Shown here: one piece after another, positions 27,708 to 38,887 of the stretch | How the letters are laid out: each line of letters begins with the position of its first letter | Numbering within the stretch: position 1 is the first letter of the stretch | Assembly (NCBI GenBank): GCA_965247115.1 | Contig: CBDFGR010000003.1 | Span: forward strand, 864,001 to 928,000 | Direction: 5' to 3' | DNA length: 64,000 nucleotides | Source of the DNA: Myxococcota bacterium | GTDB lineage: Bacteria > Myxococcota_A > UBA9160 > SZUA-336 | The notes under the pieces: model-generated | What the model was told of the DNA's origin: nothing | Seen by the model: the letters and a program-made list of their open reading frames with translations, nothing else | Database searches by the model: none | Translations under genes and position numbers: made by a program

Positions 27708-28727
27708 TCAGATCTGGACGAGCAGGTCGGCGATCGGACCCACCCCCGCCAGCATCGGATCGACGCACACGAGCCCGAGCTCGGCGGACGTGCGCGTCAG
27801 AAGCTCGCGACCCGCCGCAGGCTCGAGCTTTGACGTATCCATGGCAACACCCACGCAACGGATGTCGGGATTGGTGAGGCGACCGGCGGCGATGGTTGCC
27901 TCGATGCAGTGCTCGATGCCCGGCATGGGACGCGAGATCCCCCGCATCTCGGTCCGGGTGGGCTCGTGACAGACGACGAACGCGTCGGGCTGTGTCCCGT
28001 GCAGGATGCCCAGGCTCACCCCGGCGTAGGAGGGGTGCAGCAGTGAGCCCTGCCCTTCCACGACGTCCCAGTGATCGGGCTCGCTGGCCGGCGTCAGCCA
28101 CTCGGCCGCACCCGAGACGAAATCGGCGACCACGGCATCCACGGCGATCCCACGCTCCGAGATCAGGATTCCGGTCTGGCCCGTCGCTCGAAAGTCCACG
28201 TCGATGCCGCGCGAGCGCAGCTCCCGCTCGAGTGACAGCGCGGTGTACTTTTTGCCGCACGAGCAGTCCGTACCCACAGTGAGCAAACGTTTGCCGGGCC
28301 GGCGCGCTCCCGTGCCCACGCTGAGCTTCAGGTCCGTATGGCGCGCGTCGACCAGCCGGCGCCCGTGGCGCTGCGCGGCGGCGTGTACCTCTGGGAGCAG
28401 ACCCAGGCGCGTGTGAAGCCCGCTCGCCACGTCGAGGCCCGCCTCGATCGCCGCCACGATCGTCTCGATCCAGCTGCGCTGCAGCACTCCGCCCGCGTTC
28501 GCCACGCCGACCACCATGGTCCGCGCTCCGCACTCCACGGCCTCCTGCAGACTCAGGTCTGGTAATCCAACGTCCGCCTTGCAGCCCGGCAGCCGCAGCT
28601 GACCGACGCACCAGTCGGGGCGCCAATCCGCGATGCCACGAGCCGTCTTGGCGGCGAGCTCGTCGCGCGCGTCTGCAAGAAAGAGCAGGTAGGGCTTTCG
28701 CATCTCGATGAGCTCTTTGCTAGACAT
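27708..28727 (-). CDS. dgcN: DUF1611 protein, D-glutamate N-acetyltransferase DgcN-like
   Basis: PYLLFL, VGTDCSCGKKYT, FRATGQTGI, EGQGSL.HPSYAGVS. Confidence 0.8.
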   Translation of the reverse strand: MSSKELIEMRKPYLLFLADARDELAAKTARGIADWRPDWCVGQLRLPGCKADVGLPDLSLQEAVECGARTMVVGVANAGGVLQRSWIETIVAAIEAGLDVASGLHTRLGLLPEVHAAAQRHGRRLVDARHTDLKLSVGTGARRPGKRLLTVGTDCSCGKKYTALSLERELRSRGIDVDFRATGQTGILISERGIAVDAVVADFVSGAAEWLTPASEPDHWDVVEGQGSLLHPSYAGVSLGILHGTQPDAFVVCHEPTRTEMRGISRPMPGIEHCIEATIAAGRLTNPDIRCVGVAMDTSKLEPAAGRELLTRTSAELGLVCVDPMLAGVGPIADLLVQI

Positions 28728-30660
28728 CCTCTCCCGCATCTGCCGTCTGCGGCTCTCCTCCAGCTTGTGCGAAAAAGCGCGAGATCATCTCCGCGTCCGC
28801 CCTCGAGATCTTGCGGACCGCGGCGAGCTCCTCCGCACTGGCGTTGCGGATGCGCTCCAGGCTGCCGAGCTCGCGGAGCAACGCGCGGCGCTTCACGGGC
28901 CCGATCCCCGGTAGCTCGTCGAGGATCGAGCGCAGTCCCGCCTTGCTGCGCAGCTCGCGATGGTAGCGGATGGCAAAGCGGTGCGACTCGTCGCGTACTC
29001 GCTGCAGGAGAAGAGTCGCCGGCGACTCCGGTTTGAGCTCGAGGGGATCCTTGACCCCCGGCAGAAACAGCTTCTCGCGCTTCGAGCCGCCATGTCGGCG
29101 AACTCTCGGCGACGCGGCTTCCAGATCTCGCTCCTTAGCCAGGGACGCAAGCGCGATGTCGCCGATCGAGAGGTCCGCGAGCACCGCACGAACTGCGTTG
29201 AGCTGTCCCTTCCCGCCGTCGAGCATGAGCAGGTCCGGGGCGGGCTCCGTCTCGAGCCGGGAGAGTCGACGCCGGAGCACCTCGCGCATACCCGCGTAGT
29301 CGTCACCGGGATCCGTGTCGCGGAGCTTGTAGCGACGATAGTCGTTCTTGTACGGCTTGCCGTCGACGAACACGACCCGCGATCCGACGCTGAGCACGCC
29401 GTGCAGGTGCGAGATGTCGTAGCACTCGATCCGCCGCGGCAGCTCCGCCAGTCCGAGAAGCTCCGCGATCCCAGCCAGACGCTCCTCCGTGTCCTCCTCA
29501 CGACGCGTCCGTTCGAGCAACGCGAGCTTGGCATTGCGCTCCGCCATCTGGAGGAGCTGGCGCCGTTCGCCCCGTTGCGGAACGAGCAGCTCGACCACGC
29601 GGCCGGCCCGCTCGCGCCAGACCTCCTCGAGCGCTGCCCTGCCGTCCACGTCGACGGGTAGCAGGACCTCTCTGGGGAGGTCTCGATCACCGTCGTAGAA
29701 CTGGGTGAGAAACGAGTCGAGCGCGTCGCCATCGGGGACGCGCACGTTGCCGAAGCTGTAGGCGTTGCCGCCAAGGAGCTTCCCCTGGCGTACGTGCAAT
29801 ACCTGAATCTCGAGCCGGGCTCCTTCGCGCGCCAGACCCAGCACGTCCCGATCCACAAAGCGGGTGGAGATCATCGACTGTCGCTCGACCGTTCTCTCGA
29901 TCGCCTGGACCCGATCGCGCAGTCGCGCCGCTTCCTCGAAGCGCTCTCCGGCAGCGGCGCTCGCCATTCGCTCCCGGAGCTGTCGCAAGAGATCGTGCGA
30001 GCGGCCCTTCATGAACAGGGTAGCTCCCTTGACGAGCTCGGAGTACGCCTCGTCGCTGATCAAGTCGCAGCAGGGAGCCGCGCAGCGCCCGACCGAGTGC
30101 TCGAGGCACGGTCTGCCACGCCGGCGGTAGCTCTTCATCACGGAGTCGGAGCATGTGCGCAGCGGAAAGATTCGCTGCAGCGCGCTCAGCGTCCGGTGCA
30201 ACGAGTTGCTCGCCGTGTACGGTCCGAAGTAGATCGCACCGTCCCGCAGGAAGCGCCGCGTCTCGGTGAAGCGAGGGTACTCCTCCGCGGGATCGAGGCG
30301 CAGGGCCAGGTAATTCTTGTCGTCGCGCAGCCGAACGTTGAAGCGAGGCTTGTGCTTCTTGATGAGCTGGTTCTCGAGGAGCAGCGCCTCCTTGACGTTG
30401 GCCGTCGCAACCACCTCGACGTCGGCAATCTGCGGCACCAGCAGGTGGACGCGGAAGCGCCCGTCCCCACCGCGCACGAAGTAGGATCGGACCCGAGCCC
30501 GCAAGCTCTGGGCCTTCCCCACGTACAGAACACCGCCAGCGGCGTTCTTGAACAGGTAGACACCGGACTGGACGGGAAGAGCCGCGACCCGCTCCCGTAG
30601 AAGATCCCGCGCGGCATCTTCGCGCGTTCCTCGCGCGGCATCTTCGCGGCGTTCAGACAT
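28720..30660 (-). CDS. uvrC: Excinuclease ABC subunit C
   Basis: GVYLF..YVGKA GIY-YIG, ECYDISH, LDGGKGQL, RDESHRFA, HhH GIGP. Confidence 0.96.
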   Translation of the reverse strand: MSERREDAARGTREDAARDLLRERVAALPVQSGVYLFKNAAGGVLYVGKAQSLRARVRSYFVRGGDGRFRVHLLVPQIADVEVVATANVKEALLLENQLIKKHKPRFNVRLRDDKNYLALRLDPAEEYPRFTETRRFLRDGAIYFGPYTASNSLHRTLSALQRIFPLRTCSDSVMKSYRRRGRPCLEHSVGRCAAPCCDLISDEAYSELVKGATLFMKGRSHDLLRQLRERMASAAAGERFEEAARLRDRVQAIERTVERQSMISTRFVDRDVLGLAREGARLEIQVLHVRQGKLLGGNAYSFGNVRVPDGDALDSFLTQFYDGDRDLPREVLLPVDVDGRAALEEVWRERAGRVVELLVPQRGERRQLLQMAERNAKLALLERTRREEDTEERLAGIAELLGLAELPRRIECYDISHLHGVLSVGSRVVFVDGKPYKNDYRRYKLRDTDPGDDYAGMREVLRRRLSRLETEPAPDLLMLDGGKGQLNAVRAVLADLSIGDIALASLAKERDLEAASPRVRRHGGSKREKLFLPGVKDPLELKPESPATLLLQRVRDESHRFAIRYHRELRSKAGLRSILDELPGIGPVKRRALLRELGSLERIRNASAEELAAVRKISRADAEMISRFFAQAGGEPQTADAGEDV

Positions 30661-32717
30661 CAACGCTGCCTTCGACCGCCTCTTGCCGCTGTTCGCCGAG
30701 CGCTGGACGAGCCACGACGGGCCGGTGCTTCAAAGCCCGACATGAGCGCCTCGTTCTCAAGCGAGAAGATCTGGTCTCGGATCAGGGCCGCCCGTTCAAA
30801 GTCGAGATCCTCGACCGCGGCGCGCATCTCGACCCTCAGCTTGGTGGTCCGCTGCTCGACGCTCTCGGGAGACACATCGTGCTCGGCGACCTTCGAGACC
30901 GTGACGTAGTCCTCTTCGTACAGGCTCTGAGTCAGGCTCGAGATCTCGGCCTCCACCGTCGCGGGAGTAATGCCGTGATCCGCATTGAATTGCCTCTGGA
31001 GCTCGCGACGACGCCGAGTCTCTGTGACCGCGTTCTGGATCGAGTCGGTCTCTGAGTCGGCATAGAGCATGACCTTGCCGCGCACGTTCCGCGAGGCACG
31101 CCCGATCGTCTGGATGAGCGAGCGCGTCGACCGCAGGAAGCCCTCCTTGTCCGCGTCGAGGATCGCGACCATCGACACCTCCGGAAGGTTGAGACCTTCT
31201 CGCAGCAGATTGATGCCGACGAGAACGTCGAACTCGCCCTGGCGCAGGTCGCGCAGAATTTCGGTCCGCTCGATGGTCGGGATCTCGGAGTGCAAGTAGC
31301 GCACGCGGATCCCGATCTCTTCGTAGTAGGTCGTGAGCTCCTCTGCCATACGCTTGGTGAGCGTGGTCACGAGTACACGATCTCCCCACCCGACACGCTC
31401 GCGGATCTCCCCCAGCAGATCCTCCACCTGGTTTCTGGCCGGCCGGATCTCCACCTCGGGATCCATCAGTCCGGTGGGGCGAATGATCTGCTCGACCACG
31501 ACGCCCCTGCTCTTCTGGAGCTCGTAGTCCGCCGGAGTCGCGGAGAGGAACAGCACCTGATTCACGCGCTCCTCCCACTCCTCGAAGCGCAGGGGCCGAT
31601 TGTCCAGGGCAGACGGCAGACGAAAACCGTAGTCGACCAGTGTCTCCTTGCGCCGTCGATCACCCCGGAACATCCCGCCGAGCTGGGGAATCGTGACGTG
31701 GCTCTCATCGACGAAGCAGAGGAAATCGCTGGGGAAGTAGTCGTGCAGGGTGTGAGGCGACTGGCCCTGCGTGCGCCCATCCAGCCAGCGCGAGTAGTTC
31801 TCCACACCGTGGCAGAAGCCCATCTCGGAGAGCATCTCGGCGTCGTACATGGTGCGCTGTTCGAGCCGCTGCGCCTCGAGCAGCTTCTGCTCGCTGCGCA
31901 GGTACGCCAGCTGCTCATCGAGCTCCGCACGGATCCCCTCGATCGCCTTCTTGATGCGGTCCTCGGTCGAGACGTAGTGGCTGTTCGGAAAGATGATGGT
32001 CTTGGTCGGACGCTGCAGGACGCGGCCGCGAAGTGGATCGATCTCCGTGATCGACTCGATCTCGTCGCCGAAGAACTCCACCCGAATCGCGCGCTCATCC
32101 TCGTACGCCGGGAAGATCTCGACCGTGTCTCCGCGCACACGAAACGTGCCTCGATGAAAGTCGTAGTCGTTCCGGTCGTAGAGCATCGAGACGAGCTTCT
32201 TGAGCAGATCGTCACGACCCATGCGTGTGCCCCGCTCCAGAAAGGCGTGCATGTCCCCATAGGTTTCCGGGGACCCCAGCCCGTAGATGCACGACACGCT
32301 CGCAACCACGATCACGTCGCGTCGCGTCAGCACCGAACGTGTCGCCGAGTGACGCAGCTTGTCGATCTCTTCGTTGATCGAAGAGTCCTTCTCGATATAG
32401 GTATCGGTCGTCGGGAGGTACGCCTCCGGCTGGTAGTAGTCGTAGTACGAGACGAAGTACTCGACGGCGTTCTTCGGGAAGAGCTTGCGGAACTCGGAGT
32501 AGAGCTGCGCGGCGAGCGTCTTGTTCGGAGCGATCACGAGTGTGGGGCGCTGCAGCTGCTCGACGACCCACGACATGGTGGCGGTCTTGCCGCTACCCGT
32601 GATGCCGAGCAAGGTCTGGTGCTTGTCGCCCCGACGGGCGCCCTCCACCAGCTGCTTGATGGCCTCCGGCTGGTCGCCCTTCGGCGTGTACTCGCTCACG
32701 ACTTCGAAATCAGGCAC
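30660..32717 (-). CDS. uvrB: Excinuclease ABC subunit B
   Basis: [41 protein letters not shown]. Confidence 0.98.
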   Translation of the reverse strand: MPDFEVVSEYTPKGDQPEAIKQLVEGARRGDKHQTLLGITGSGKTATMSWVVEQLQRPTLVIAPNKTLAAQLYSEFRKLFPKNAVEYFVSYYDYYQPEAYLPTTDTYIEKDSSINEEIDKLRHSATRSVLTRRDVIVVASVSCIYGLGSPETYGDMHAFLERGTRMGRDDLLKKLVSMLYDRNDYDFHRGTFRVRGDTVEIFPAYEDERAIRVEFFGDEIESITEIDPLRGRVLQRPTKTIIFPNSHYVSTEDRIKKAIEGIRAELDEQLAYLRSEQKLLEAQRLEQRTMYDAEMLSEMGFCHGVENYSRWLDGRTQGQSPHTLHDYFPSDFLCFVDESHVTIPQLGGMFRGDRRRKETLVDYGFRLPSALDNRPLRFEEWEERVNQVLFLSATPADYELQKSRGVVVEQIIRPTGLMDPEVEIRPARNQVEDLLGEIRERVGWGDRVLVTTLTKRMAEELTTYYEEIGIRVRYLHSEIPTIERTEILRDLRQGEFDVLVGINLLREGLNLPEVSMVAILDADKEGFLRSTRSLIQTIGRASRNVRGKVMLYADSETDSIQNAVTETRRRRELQRQFNADHGITPATVEAEISSLTQSLYEEDYVTVSKVAEHDVSPESVEQRTTKLRVEMRAAVEDLDFERAALIRDQIFSLENEALMSGFEAPARRGSSSARRTAARGGRRQR

Positions 32718-34113
32718 GGTGCCAGTGTGTCCCCTGAGGTGAATCTTCGAGGATGATGCCTTCTGCCTTCAGCTGCTGGCGAATCTCGTCCGCGCGCCCC
32801 CAGTCCTTCGCCGCGCGCGCCGCGTCCCGTTCGCGCACGAGAGCCTCGACGCGAGCGTCGCTCTGGCCCTCCGCCTGTACATCGTCCCACAATCGGAGGC
32901 CCAGAACGTCGGCGAACTCGCGCAGCAGCTCCCACTTCTCGACCGAGCCGAGCTCGGGCGTGCGCACCGTCTCCCAGACTACGGCGAGCGCCTGCGGAGC
33001 GTTGAGGTCGTCGGCCAGGGCCGCCCGGAAGCGCTCGCGAACCGCCTCGACCTGATCGCGGCCCTTGCTATCCGTCGCCTCTCGGAGGTCCCGCGCGTGG
33101 CGCGCGAGGCGCTGGTAGCCCGTCCGCGCCCGCTGCAGCGCATCGTCGGAGTAGGTCGACTGCTGCCTGTAGTGCGCATTGTGGTGGAAGAAGCGATAGG
33201 CGTCGGGCTCGACGCCGCGTTCCAGGAGGTGGTCGAGGTTCAGGGTTGCCCCCTTCGACTTCGACATCTTCCCGCTCTCGAACATCATCCAGGCGCTGTG
33301 CATCCAGACCTTGACCCAGGGGCGCTTGCCATAGGCCCCCTCTGACTGGGCGATCTCGTTCGGGTGGTGAACCGGGATGTGATCGATCCCGCCGGTGTGG
33401 ATGTCGAAGGTCTCCCCGAGATACTTCGAGCTCATGGCGGAGCACTCGATGTGCCAGCCAGGAAATCCCGCTCCCCAAGGGCTGTCCCACTCCATCTGGC
33501 GCTTCGGAGCGCCCTCAGGCGAGAGCTTCCAGAGCGCGAAGTCCTGCGGGCGGCGCTTCTCGGAGCTGCCCTCAATCCGCTCCTGAGTCTGCTGCTGGTC
33601 CAGCTGCAGACGGGCCAGCTCGCCGTAGTGGGGGTCCATCGAGGTGTCGAAGTAGATCCCGTCCGAGGTCCGATAGGTGAAGCCTTTCTGCTCCAAGGTC
33701 TGGATCATCTCGATCTGCTCCCGGATGTGGTCCGTGGCCTTGCACCAGACGTCGGGCGCCTCGACGCCGAGGCGCTCCAGATCGGTCTGGAAGACTCGCG
33801 TCCACCTCTCGGCGATCTCCCAGACCGAGACCCCCTGCTCGCGGGCTGCGAGCTCGACCTTGTCTTCGCCGAGATCAGCGTCCTCCACGATGTGGCCCAC
33901 GTCTGTGATGTTGATCACGTGTCGGACCTCGAACCCGAAGTAGCGCAGCGTGCGCTTCAACAGATCCGCGAAGAGATAGGGCCGCAGGTTTCCGAGATGC
34001 GCGTGGCCGTATACGGTCGGGCCGCAGGAGTAGACGCGAACGGGTCCCGGCTCGCGCGGCTCGAAGCGCTCTTTCTGACGGGTGAGCGTGTTGTAGAGCC
34101 GGAGCTCGCTCAC
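32710..34113 (-). CDS. cysS: Cysteine--tRNA ligase
   Basis: [32 protein letters not shown]. Confidence 0.96.
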   Translation of the reverse strand: MSELRLYNTLTRQKERFEPREPGPVRVYSCGPTVYGHAHLGNLRPYLFADLLKRTLRYFGFEVRHVINITDVGHIVEDADLGEDKVELAAREQGVSVWEIAERWTRVFQTDLERLGVEAPDVWCKATDHIREQIEMIQTLEQKGFTYRTSDGIYFDTSMDPHYGELARLQLDQQQTQERIEGSSEKRRPQDFALWKLSPEGAPKRQMEWDSPWGAGFPGWHIECSAMSSKYLGETFDIHTGGIDHIPVHHPNEIAQSEGAYGKRPWVKVWMHSAWMMFESGKMSKSKGATLNLDHLLERGVEPDAYRFFHHNAHYRQQSTYSDDALQRARTGYQRLARHARDLREATDSKGRDQVEAVRERFRAALADDLNAPQALAVVWETVRTPELGSVEKWELLREFADVLGLRLWDDVQAEGQSDARVEALVRERDAARAAKDWGRADEIRQQLKAEGIILEDSPQGTHWHRA

Positions 34114-34589
34114 CGCACATCCTCCTCCAGCAGGACCACCGCCCTGGCCGCGATTCCCTCGCCCCGGCCGATCGCGCCGAGCCGATCGGCGCTCTTGATC
34201 TTCACGTTCAGCCTCGCTTCGTCGATCGACAGCATCCCAGCCAGGCCCGCGCGAATCGCGCCCAACCATGGGGACAGCCGCGGCTCCTGGGCGATCACGG
34301 TCGTGTCCAGATTCCCGATGCGGTAGCCCGCCTCCCCCACGCGCTGCAGGATCTCGCTCAGCAAAGCGGCGCCGGCAGCATCCCGCCAGCGCTCGTCCGA
34401 CGCTGGAAAATGCTCTCCCAGGTCTCCCGCTCCGATCGCGCCAAGCAAGGCATCTCCCACCGCATGGGCCAGCACGTCGGCGTCCGAGTGGCCCTCGAGT
34501 CCGCGATCGTGTTTGATCTCGACACCAGCCAGGATGAGCGGGCGTCCTGTGACCAGGCGGTGCACGTCGAAGCCCTCGCCGATCTTCAC
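34110..34589 (-). CDS. ispF: 2-C-methyl-D-erythritol 2,4-cyclodiphosphate synthase
   Basis: IGEGFDVH, GHSDADV, GDLGEHFP, GRGEGIAA. Confidence 0.95.
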   Translation of the reverse strand: MKIGEGFDVHRLVTGRPLILAGVEIKHDRGLEGHSDADVLAHAVGDALLGAIGAGDLGEHFPASDERWRDAAGAALLSEILQRVGEAGYRIGNLDTTVIAQEPRLSPWLGAIRAGLAGMLSIDEARLNVKIKSADRLGAIGRGEGIAARAVVLLEEDVR

Positions 34590-35284
34590 CGCGCCTGGCC
34601 CCCGAGCCGCGCCTCGACCAGCTGGAGGTCGCGCGGATGGGTGACCTTCAGGTTCTCGCTGCGGCCAGGACAGATCCGGACCTGGACCCCGAGGCGCTCA
34701 ACGAGCGAGGCGCAGTCGGTGCCGCGAAATTCGTCGCGCTCGGCCTCTTCAAGGGCCCTGCGCAAGAGCTCGACCTCGAAGGCCTGGGGAGTCTGGGCAA
34801 GTGCCAGCTTGCTGCGGTCCGGCGTGCTGGCGACGCTCGCCCCCTCCACGATCTTCACGGTGTCTGCGAGCGGGATCACGGGCAGCGCGGCGCCGGTCGC
34901 CTGCGCGGCGTCGAAGACACTCACGGCATCGCCCGGCTCGACGAGGCAACGAGCAGCGTCGTGCACGAGCACGAAGGACGCATCGGGCAGCTGTCGCAGG
35001 GCGGCAGCCAGGCCGAGGCGGACGGAGTCCTGGCGCGTGCGTCCGCCGGTGACGGGCTCGAGCAAGCGGGCCGGAGCCGACCAGGCGGTGCGAACGGACT
35101 CGAACTCGGACCTGCAGTCCTCTGGGAGCACGGCCAGCACCGCGTCCACGACCGGCGCGCGCCCCAGCGCCTCGGCGCTCCAGTGCAGCAAGCTACGTCC
35201 GGCGACGTGGAGCAGCGCCTTTGGCGCGTCTGTACCGAGCCGTGCTCCCTGGCCGGCCGCGAGCACGAGGGCGACCACACTCAT
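34586..35284 (-). CDS. ispD: 2-C-methyl-D-erythritol 4-phosphate cytidylyltransferase
   Basis: LAAGQGARLG, RQDSV, VHDAAR, AQTPQAF, NLKVT. Confidence 0.95.
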   Translation of the reverse strand: MSVVALVLAAGQGARLGTDAPKALLHVAGRSLLHWSAEALGRAPVVDAVLAVLPEDCRSEFESVRTAWSAPARLLEPVTGGRTRQDSVRLGLAAALRQLPDASFVLVHDAARCLVEPGDAVSVFDAAQATGAALPVIPLADTVKIVEGASVASTPDRSKLALAQTPQAFEVELLRRALEEAERDEFRGTDCASLVERLGVQVRICPGRSENLKVTHPRDLQLVEARLGGQAR

Positions 35285-35306
35285 GCCTGGAATATAGCGG
35301 GAGAGA

Positions 35307-35804
35307 TCAGCGCCGGATGGCAACCCGGATATCGGCCTCGACCTCTTCCGCCTCTACTCCCTGGGTCGCAGCGAGCTCCTGCACCAGAAGCGAGCGCGCG
35401 TTCTCGAGCAGCTTGCGTTCGCCGAACGACAGCTCCTTCTCGAGCTGAAGCCGCAGCAGATCGCGCAGGACCTCCGCGGTGTCGAAGATCGACCCGCTGC
35501 GCAGCTTGTCCTGGAACTCTCTGAACTGCCGACTCCACGGGATACCGCCCCGCCTGCGTCCCTTGGTGCGCGTCCGCAATATCTCCCAGACTCGGTCCGC
35601 CTCGACGCGCTTCATCACGGAGCGCAGCCCAACTTCGTCGAGCTTGTTCCGCGGGATCATGATGCGCGTCTCATCCTCGAGTCGGCGCAACACCAGGAAC
35701 TCGAGGCTCTGACCGCCAACCTCCTGCTGCTGCAACGACTCGATTCTCGCCACGCCGTAACCGGGATAGACCGCCAGCTTCCCGATCCGCGTTTCCCACT
35801 TCAT
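35307..35804 (-). CDS. carD: CarD/CdnL family transcription factor
   Basis: AVYPGYGVARIE, VGLRSVM, WSRQFRE, LSFGERKLLE; typical carD-ispD-ispF-cysS order. Confidence 0.85.
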   Translation of the reverse strand: MKWETRIGKLAVYPGYGVARIESLQQQEVGGQSLEFLVLRRLEDETRIMIPRNKLDEVGLRSVMKRVEADRVWEILRTRTKGRRRGGIPWSRQFREFQDKLRSGSIFDTAEVLRDLLRLQLEKELSFGERKLLENARSLLVQELAATQGVEAEEVEADIRVAIRR

Positions 35805-35964
35805 GCTCCGTCTCCGCGAGCTGCTGGTCACCCCCGATCTTACCATTCGCGGGCCCTTGAATGGTCGAAATGCCGGTTCGCCGCCTGGCCAGCTGACGGT
35901 CGCAGCTTCGATCCTGCATTGTGAGATAATTGAGCCGCGCGGCCTCGCTGAGGGAGGAGCGGAG

Positions 35965-36354
35965 ATGGCAACGATCGGGCAGGCAATCAAGATCAAGGGC
36001 GACGTCGTCGGCGGAGAAGACACCGTCATCGAGGGACGCGTAGAGGGCCGTGTGGTGTTCAAGGACCACCATCTGACCATCGGCGCGAACGGCGACATCC
36101 ACGGCGAGGTCAACGCAAAGCGAATCACTGTCGTCGGTACGATCCTGGGGGATGTGGTCGCCACCGACCGAATCGACGTCCAGAATTCGGGCGTGATCGA
36201 GGGGGACCTCAGCGCCCCCAACCTGCTCGTGGTCGAGGGGGCCGCCATCAACGGCACGATCACGATGCAGGAGAGGCCGAGCCCCGCCCCGGCCAAGGAG
36301 CTCGAGGTCGGACCGGGCCCGGCGCGTCCTCCCGCAGCCCCTAGCCCCCTGTAG
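35965..36354 (+). CDS. Bactofilin (polymer-forming cytoskeletal protein)
   Basis: TIGQAIKIKGDV...IEGRVEG...G.I.GDV beta-helix repeats; SD GGAGG. Confidence 0.88.
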   Translation: MATIGQAIKIKGDVVGGEDTVIEGRVEGRVVFKDHHLTIGANGDIHGEVNAKRITVVGTILGDVVATDRIDVQNSGVIEGDLSAPNLLVVEGAAINGTITMQERPSPAPAKELEVGPGPARPPAAPSPL

Positions 36355-36383
36355 GATCCGGGGGTTCCGGAGCTCCTCGCCCC

Positions 36384-37319
36384 TCAGGACTCGGCGCGGT
36401 GGGCGCTGCTGGCGGCGCCGGAGGAGCGGCGCTCCAGGAAGATCAGGAGGCTGCTCGCCACGTAGATCGTGGAGTACGTGCCGACCGTGACGCCGATCGC
36501 CAGAGCAGCAGCGAAGTCCCGCAGGACCGGGCCGCCGAGGATCAGGACGGCGATGACGACGGAGAGGGTCGTCCCGGACGTGAGCAAGGTCCTGGACATC
36601 GTCTGATTGATGCTCTGGTTCACTACGTCCTCCAGGTGAGTAAGACCGCGCAGGGTGACGTTCTCACGGATCCGATCGTAGATCACGATCGTGTCGTTGA
36701 GCGAGTAGCCGACCACAACCAGGAGAGCGGCCAGGACCTGTAGGTTGAACTCCCAGCCGAGTGCCACGAAGATGCCGGCTGTGATGATGACGTCGTGGAC
36801 CAGCGCAACGACAGCGCCCGGTGCATAGCGCAGATCGAAGCGGAACCAGATGTAGAGGAGGATCAGCGCCCAGGAGGCAACCAGCGCCCAGATCCCGCGC
36901 GCCGTCTGCTCACCTCCCACGCGGGGACCGATCGACTCGATGCGTTGCGGGACCACCTCTACCCCGAGGGCAGTCGAGAGCCCCCCGAGCACTTCGAGCG
37001 AGAGGTCGCGCCGCTGTTCCTGCGAGAGCCGGATGTTCAGGCGGAACGAGCGATCCGCCTCAGGTCCCAGGCGCACGATGACCGCGTTCGGGAAGCCCGC
37101 TTCTGCTGCGGCCGCGCGCATGGTGCCCTCGTCGACCAGGCCGGCCTGCTCCGGCACCTGAAGCTGGATTACCGTCCCCCCGGCGAAGTCGATGCCGAGG
37201 TTGAAGCCGCGCACGACCATGAGCAGAAGCGCCGAGAGCACCACCAGCGCCGAGACGATCCCGAACAGGCCGCCTTGCTTGACGAAGTCGATCTTCGTAT
37301 CGGGACTTACGAGCTGCAT
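36384..37319 (-). CDS. secF: Protein translocase subunit SecF
   Basis: LGIDFAGG, HDVIIT, GYSLNDTIVIYDRIRE. Confidence 0.96.
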   Translation of the reverse strand: MQLVSPDTKIDFVKQGGLFGIVSALVVLSALLLMVVRGFNLGIDFAGGTVIQLQVPEQAGLVDEGTMRAAAAEAGFPNAVIVRLGPEADRSFRLNIRLSQEQRRDLSLEVLGGLSTALGVEVVPQRIESIGPRVGGEQTARGIWALVASWALILLYIWFRFDLRYAPGAVVALVHDVIITAGIFVALGWEFNLQVLAALLVVVGYSLNDTIVIYDRIRENVTLRGLTHLEDVVNQSINQTMSRTLLTSGTTLSVVIAVLILGGPVLRDFAAALAIGVTVGTYSTIYVASSLLIFLERRSSGAASSAHRAES

Positions 37320-38887
37320 CAGACCTTCAGGATCTGCGGCGCACGTGCCATGGCGAGGTCGAACAAGAGTCGCGTCACGATCAGGGCACCGAACACGCTG
37401 GACACGATGCCAATCGCGAGCGTGACGCCGAAGCCCTGTACGGGGCCGCGCCCGAACTGGAGCAAGACGACGGCCGCGATCAACGTCGTGATGTTGGCGT
37501 CGAGGATCGTCAACGCGGAGCGCCGGAAGCCCACCTGAACCGCAGTGCGCAGGTTCTTGGAGCGGCGAAGCTCCTCACGGATCCGCTCGAAGATGATCAC
37601 GTTTGCATCGACTGCCATGCCCATGGTGAGCACGAGGCCCGCGATGCCGGGCAGCGTCAGGGTGGCACGCGCCAGGCTCATCGCGCCGATGATCATCACC
37701 ATGTTCAAGATCAAGGTCACGTTCGCGAACCAGCCGCCGACGGAGTAGTACACCGCCATGAAAAGGATCACGAACGCCGCGCCCAGCAGGATCGAGCGGA
37801 TGCCCTGTCGAATAGAGTCCGCGCCCAGGGCAGGACCCACGCTGCGCTCCTCCTCGATCACGAGTGGGATCGGCAGCGCGCCCGAGCGCAGCGCGACCGC
37901 GAGAGCCGCCGCCTCGGCCGCCGTGAAACCGCCGGTGATCTGGCCGTTCCGCCCGATCCGGCTCTGAATGACCGGCGCCGTGACCACTTCTCCGTCGATG
38001 ATGGCCGGCAGCCGCTGACCAATGTTCTCGCCGGTGAATTCCCGGAAGAGCCGCGTCCCCTCCGAGTTCCAGGTGAAGCTCACGAGCGGTCGATTGCGCC
38101 GGTCGTAGCCGACACGAGCATCCTCGAGCATCGCGCCCGTAAGGATCGGCGTCTTCGGAACGAGGAAGGCCTCAGCAACGGAGCCGTCGTCGTTGCGGTC
38201 CACGACGATCTCCGTGTCCTCGGGCAAGCCCTCCTCACCGTAGCGGGCGCGCAGCAGCTCCTCGTTTGGCTCGGATGTGATCACCTTCTTAAACTCAAGA
38301 AACGTCGTTTCTTCGAGGATCGTACGCGCTTGCACCGGGTCGATCTCGCCGGGCATCTGGACCAGGATTCGGCCCGCGCCCTGCGGCGCGATCACGGGCT
38401 CCCGCACCCCGAGACCGTCGATGCGCTCGTTGAGGACCTCGAGCGCCTGTTGCACGCCGCGATCGATCACGCTGTCCCGCCAGTCGTCGGCGAGCGAGAG
38501 GGTCAGCAGCTCGCCCTCTTCTGCGACCTCGAACGTGTCCGTGTCGAAGTTGGCTTCGGCGATCCGGCGCAGACCGGCGAGATCGCCCTCTAGCTCCAGC
38601 ACCTGACCGTCGCGGATCCGGCTGTCCGTGAGGACGACGCCCTCGTCCTCTGCCACCTGCCGCACGACCGACTGCGTACGTGTCACCTCCTGGAGCACCG
38701 CCTCGCCATCGTCGATGCGCAAGAGCCAGTGGATTCCGCCCTGCAGATCCAGACCGAGACTCAAGGCGTCGTCTGCGATCCATACGCTGCCGAGGCGCTC
38801 TTCCTCCGAGAAGAAGTTCGGAACGGCCAGGAGCGCCATCAGAAACGCGACGATCCCGACCAGGATGGTCCGTGTCCTCAGGCTCAC
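37319..38887 (-). CDS. secD: Protein translocase subunit SecD
   Basis: LGLDLQGG, LTLPGIAG, GMAVDANVIIFERIREE. Confidence 0.96.
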   Translation of the reverse strand: MSLRTRTILVGIVAFLMALLAVPNFFSEEERLGSVWIADDALSLGLDLQGGIHWLLRIDDGEAVLQEVTRTQSVVRQVAEDEGVVLTDSRIRDGQVLELEGDLAGLRRIAEANFDTDTFEVAEEGELLTLSLADDWRDSVIDRGVQQALEVLNERIDGLGVREPVIAPQGAGRILVQMPGEIDPVQARTILEETTFLEFKKVITSEPNEELLRARYGEEGLPEDTEIVVDRNDDGSVAEAFLVPKTPILTGAMLEDARVGYDRRNRPLVSFTWNSEGTRLFREFTGENIGQRLPAIIDGEVVTAPVIQSRIGRNGQITGGFTAAEAAALAVALRSGALPIPLVIEEERSVGPALGADSIRQGIRSILLGAAFVILFMAVYYSVGGWFANVTLILNMVMIIGAMSLARATLTLPGIAGLVLTMGMAVDANVIIFERIREELRRSKNLRTAVQVGFRRSALTILDANITTLIAAVVLLQFGRGPVQGFGVTLAIGIVSSVFGALIVTRLLFDLAMARAPQILKV

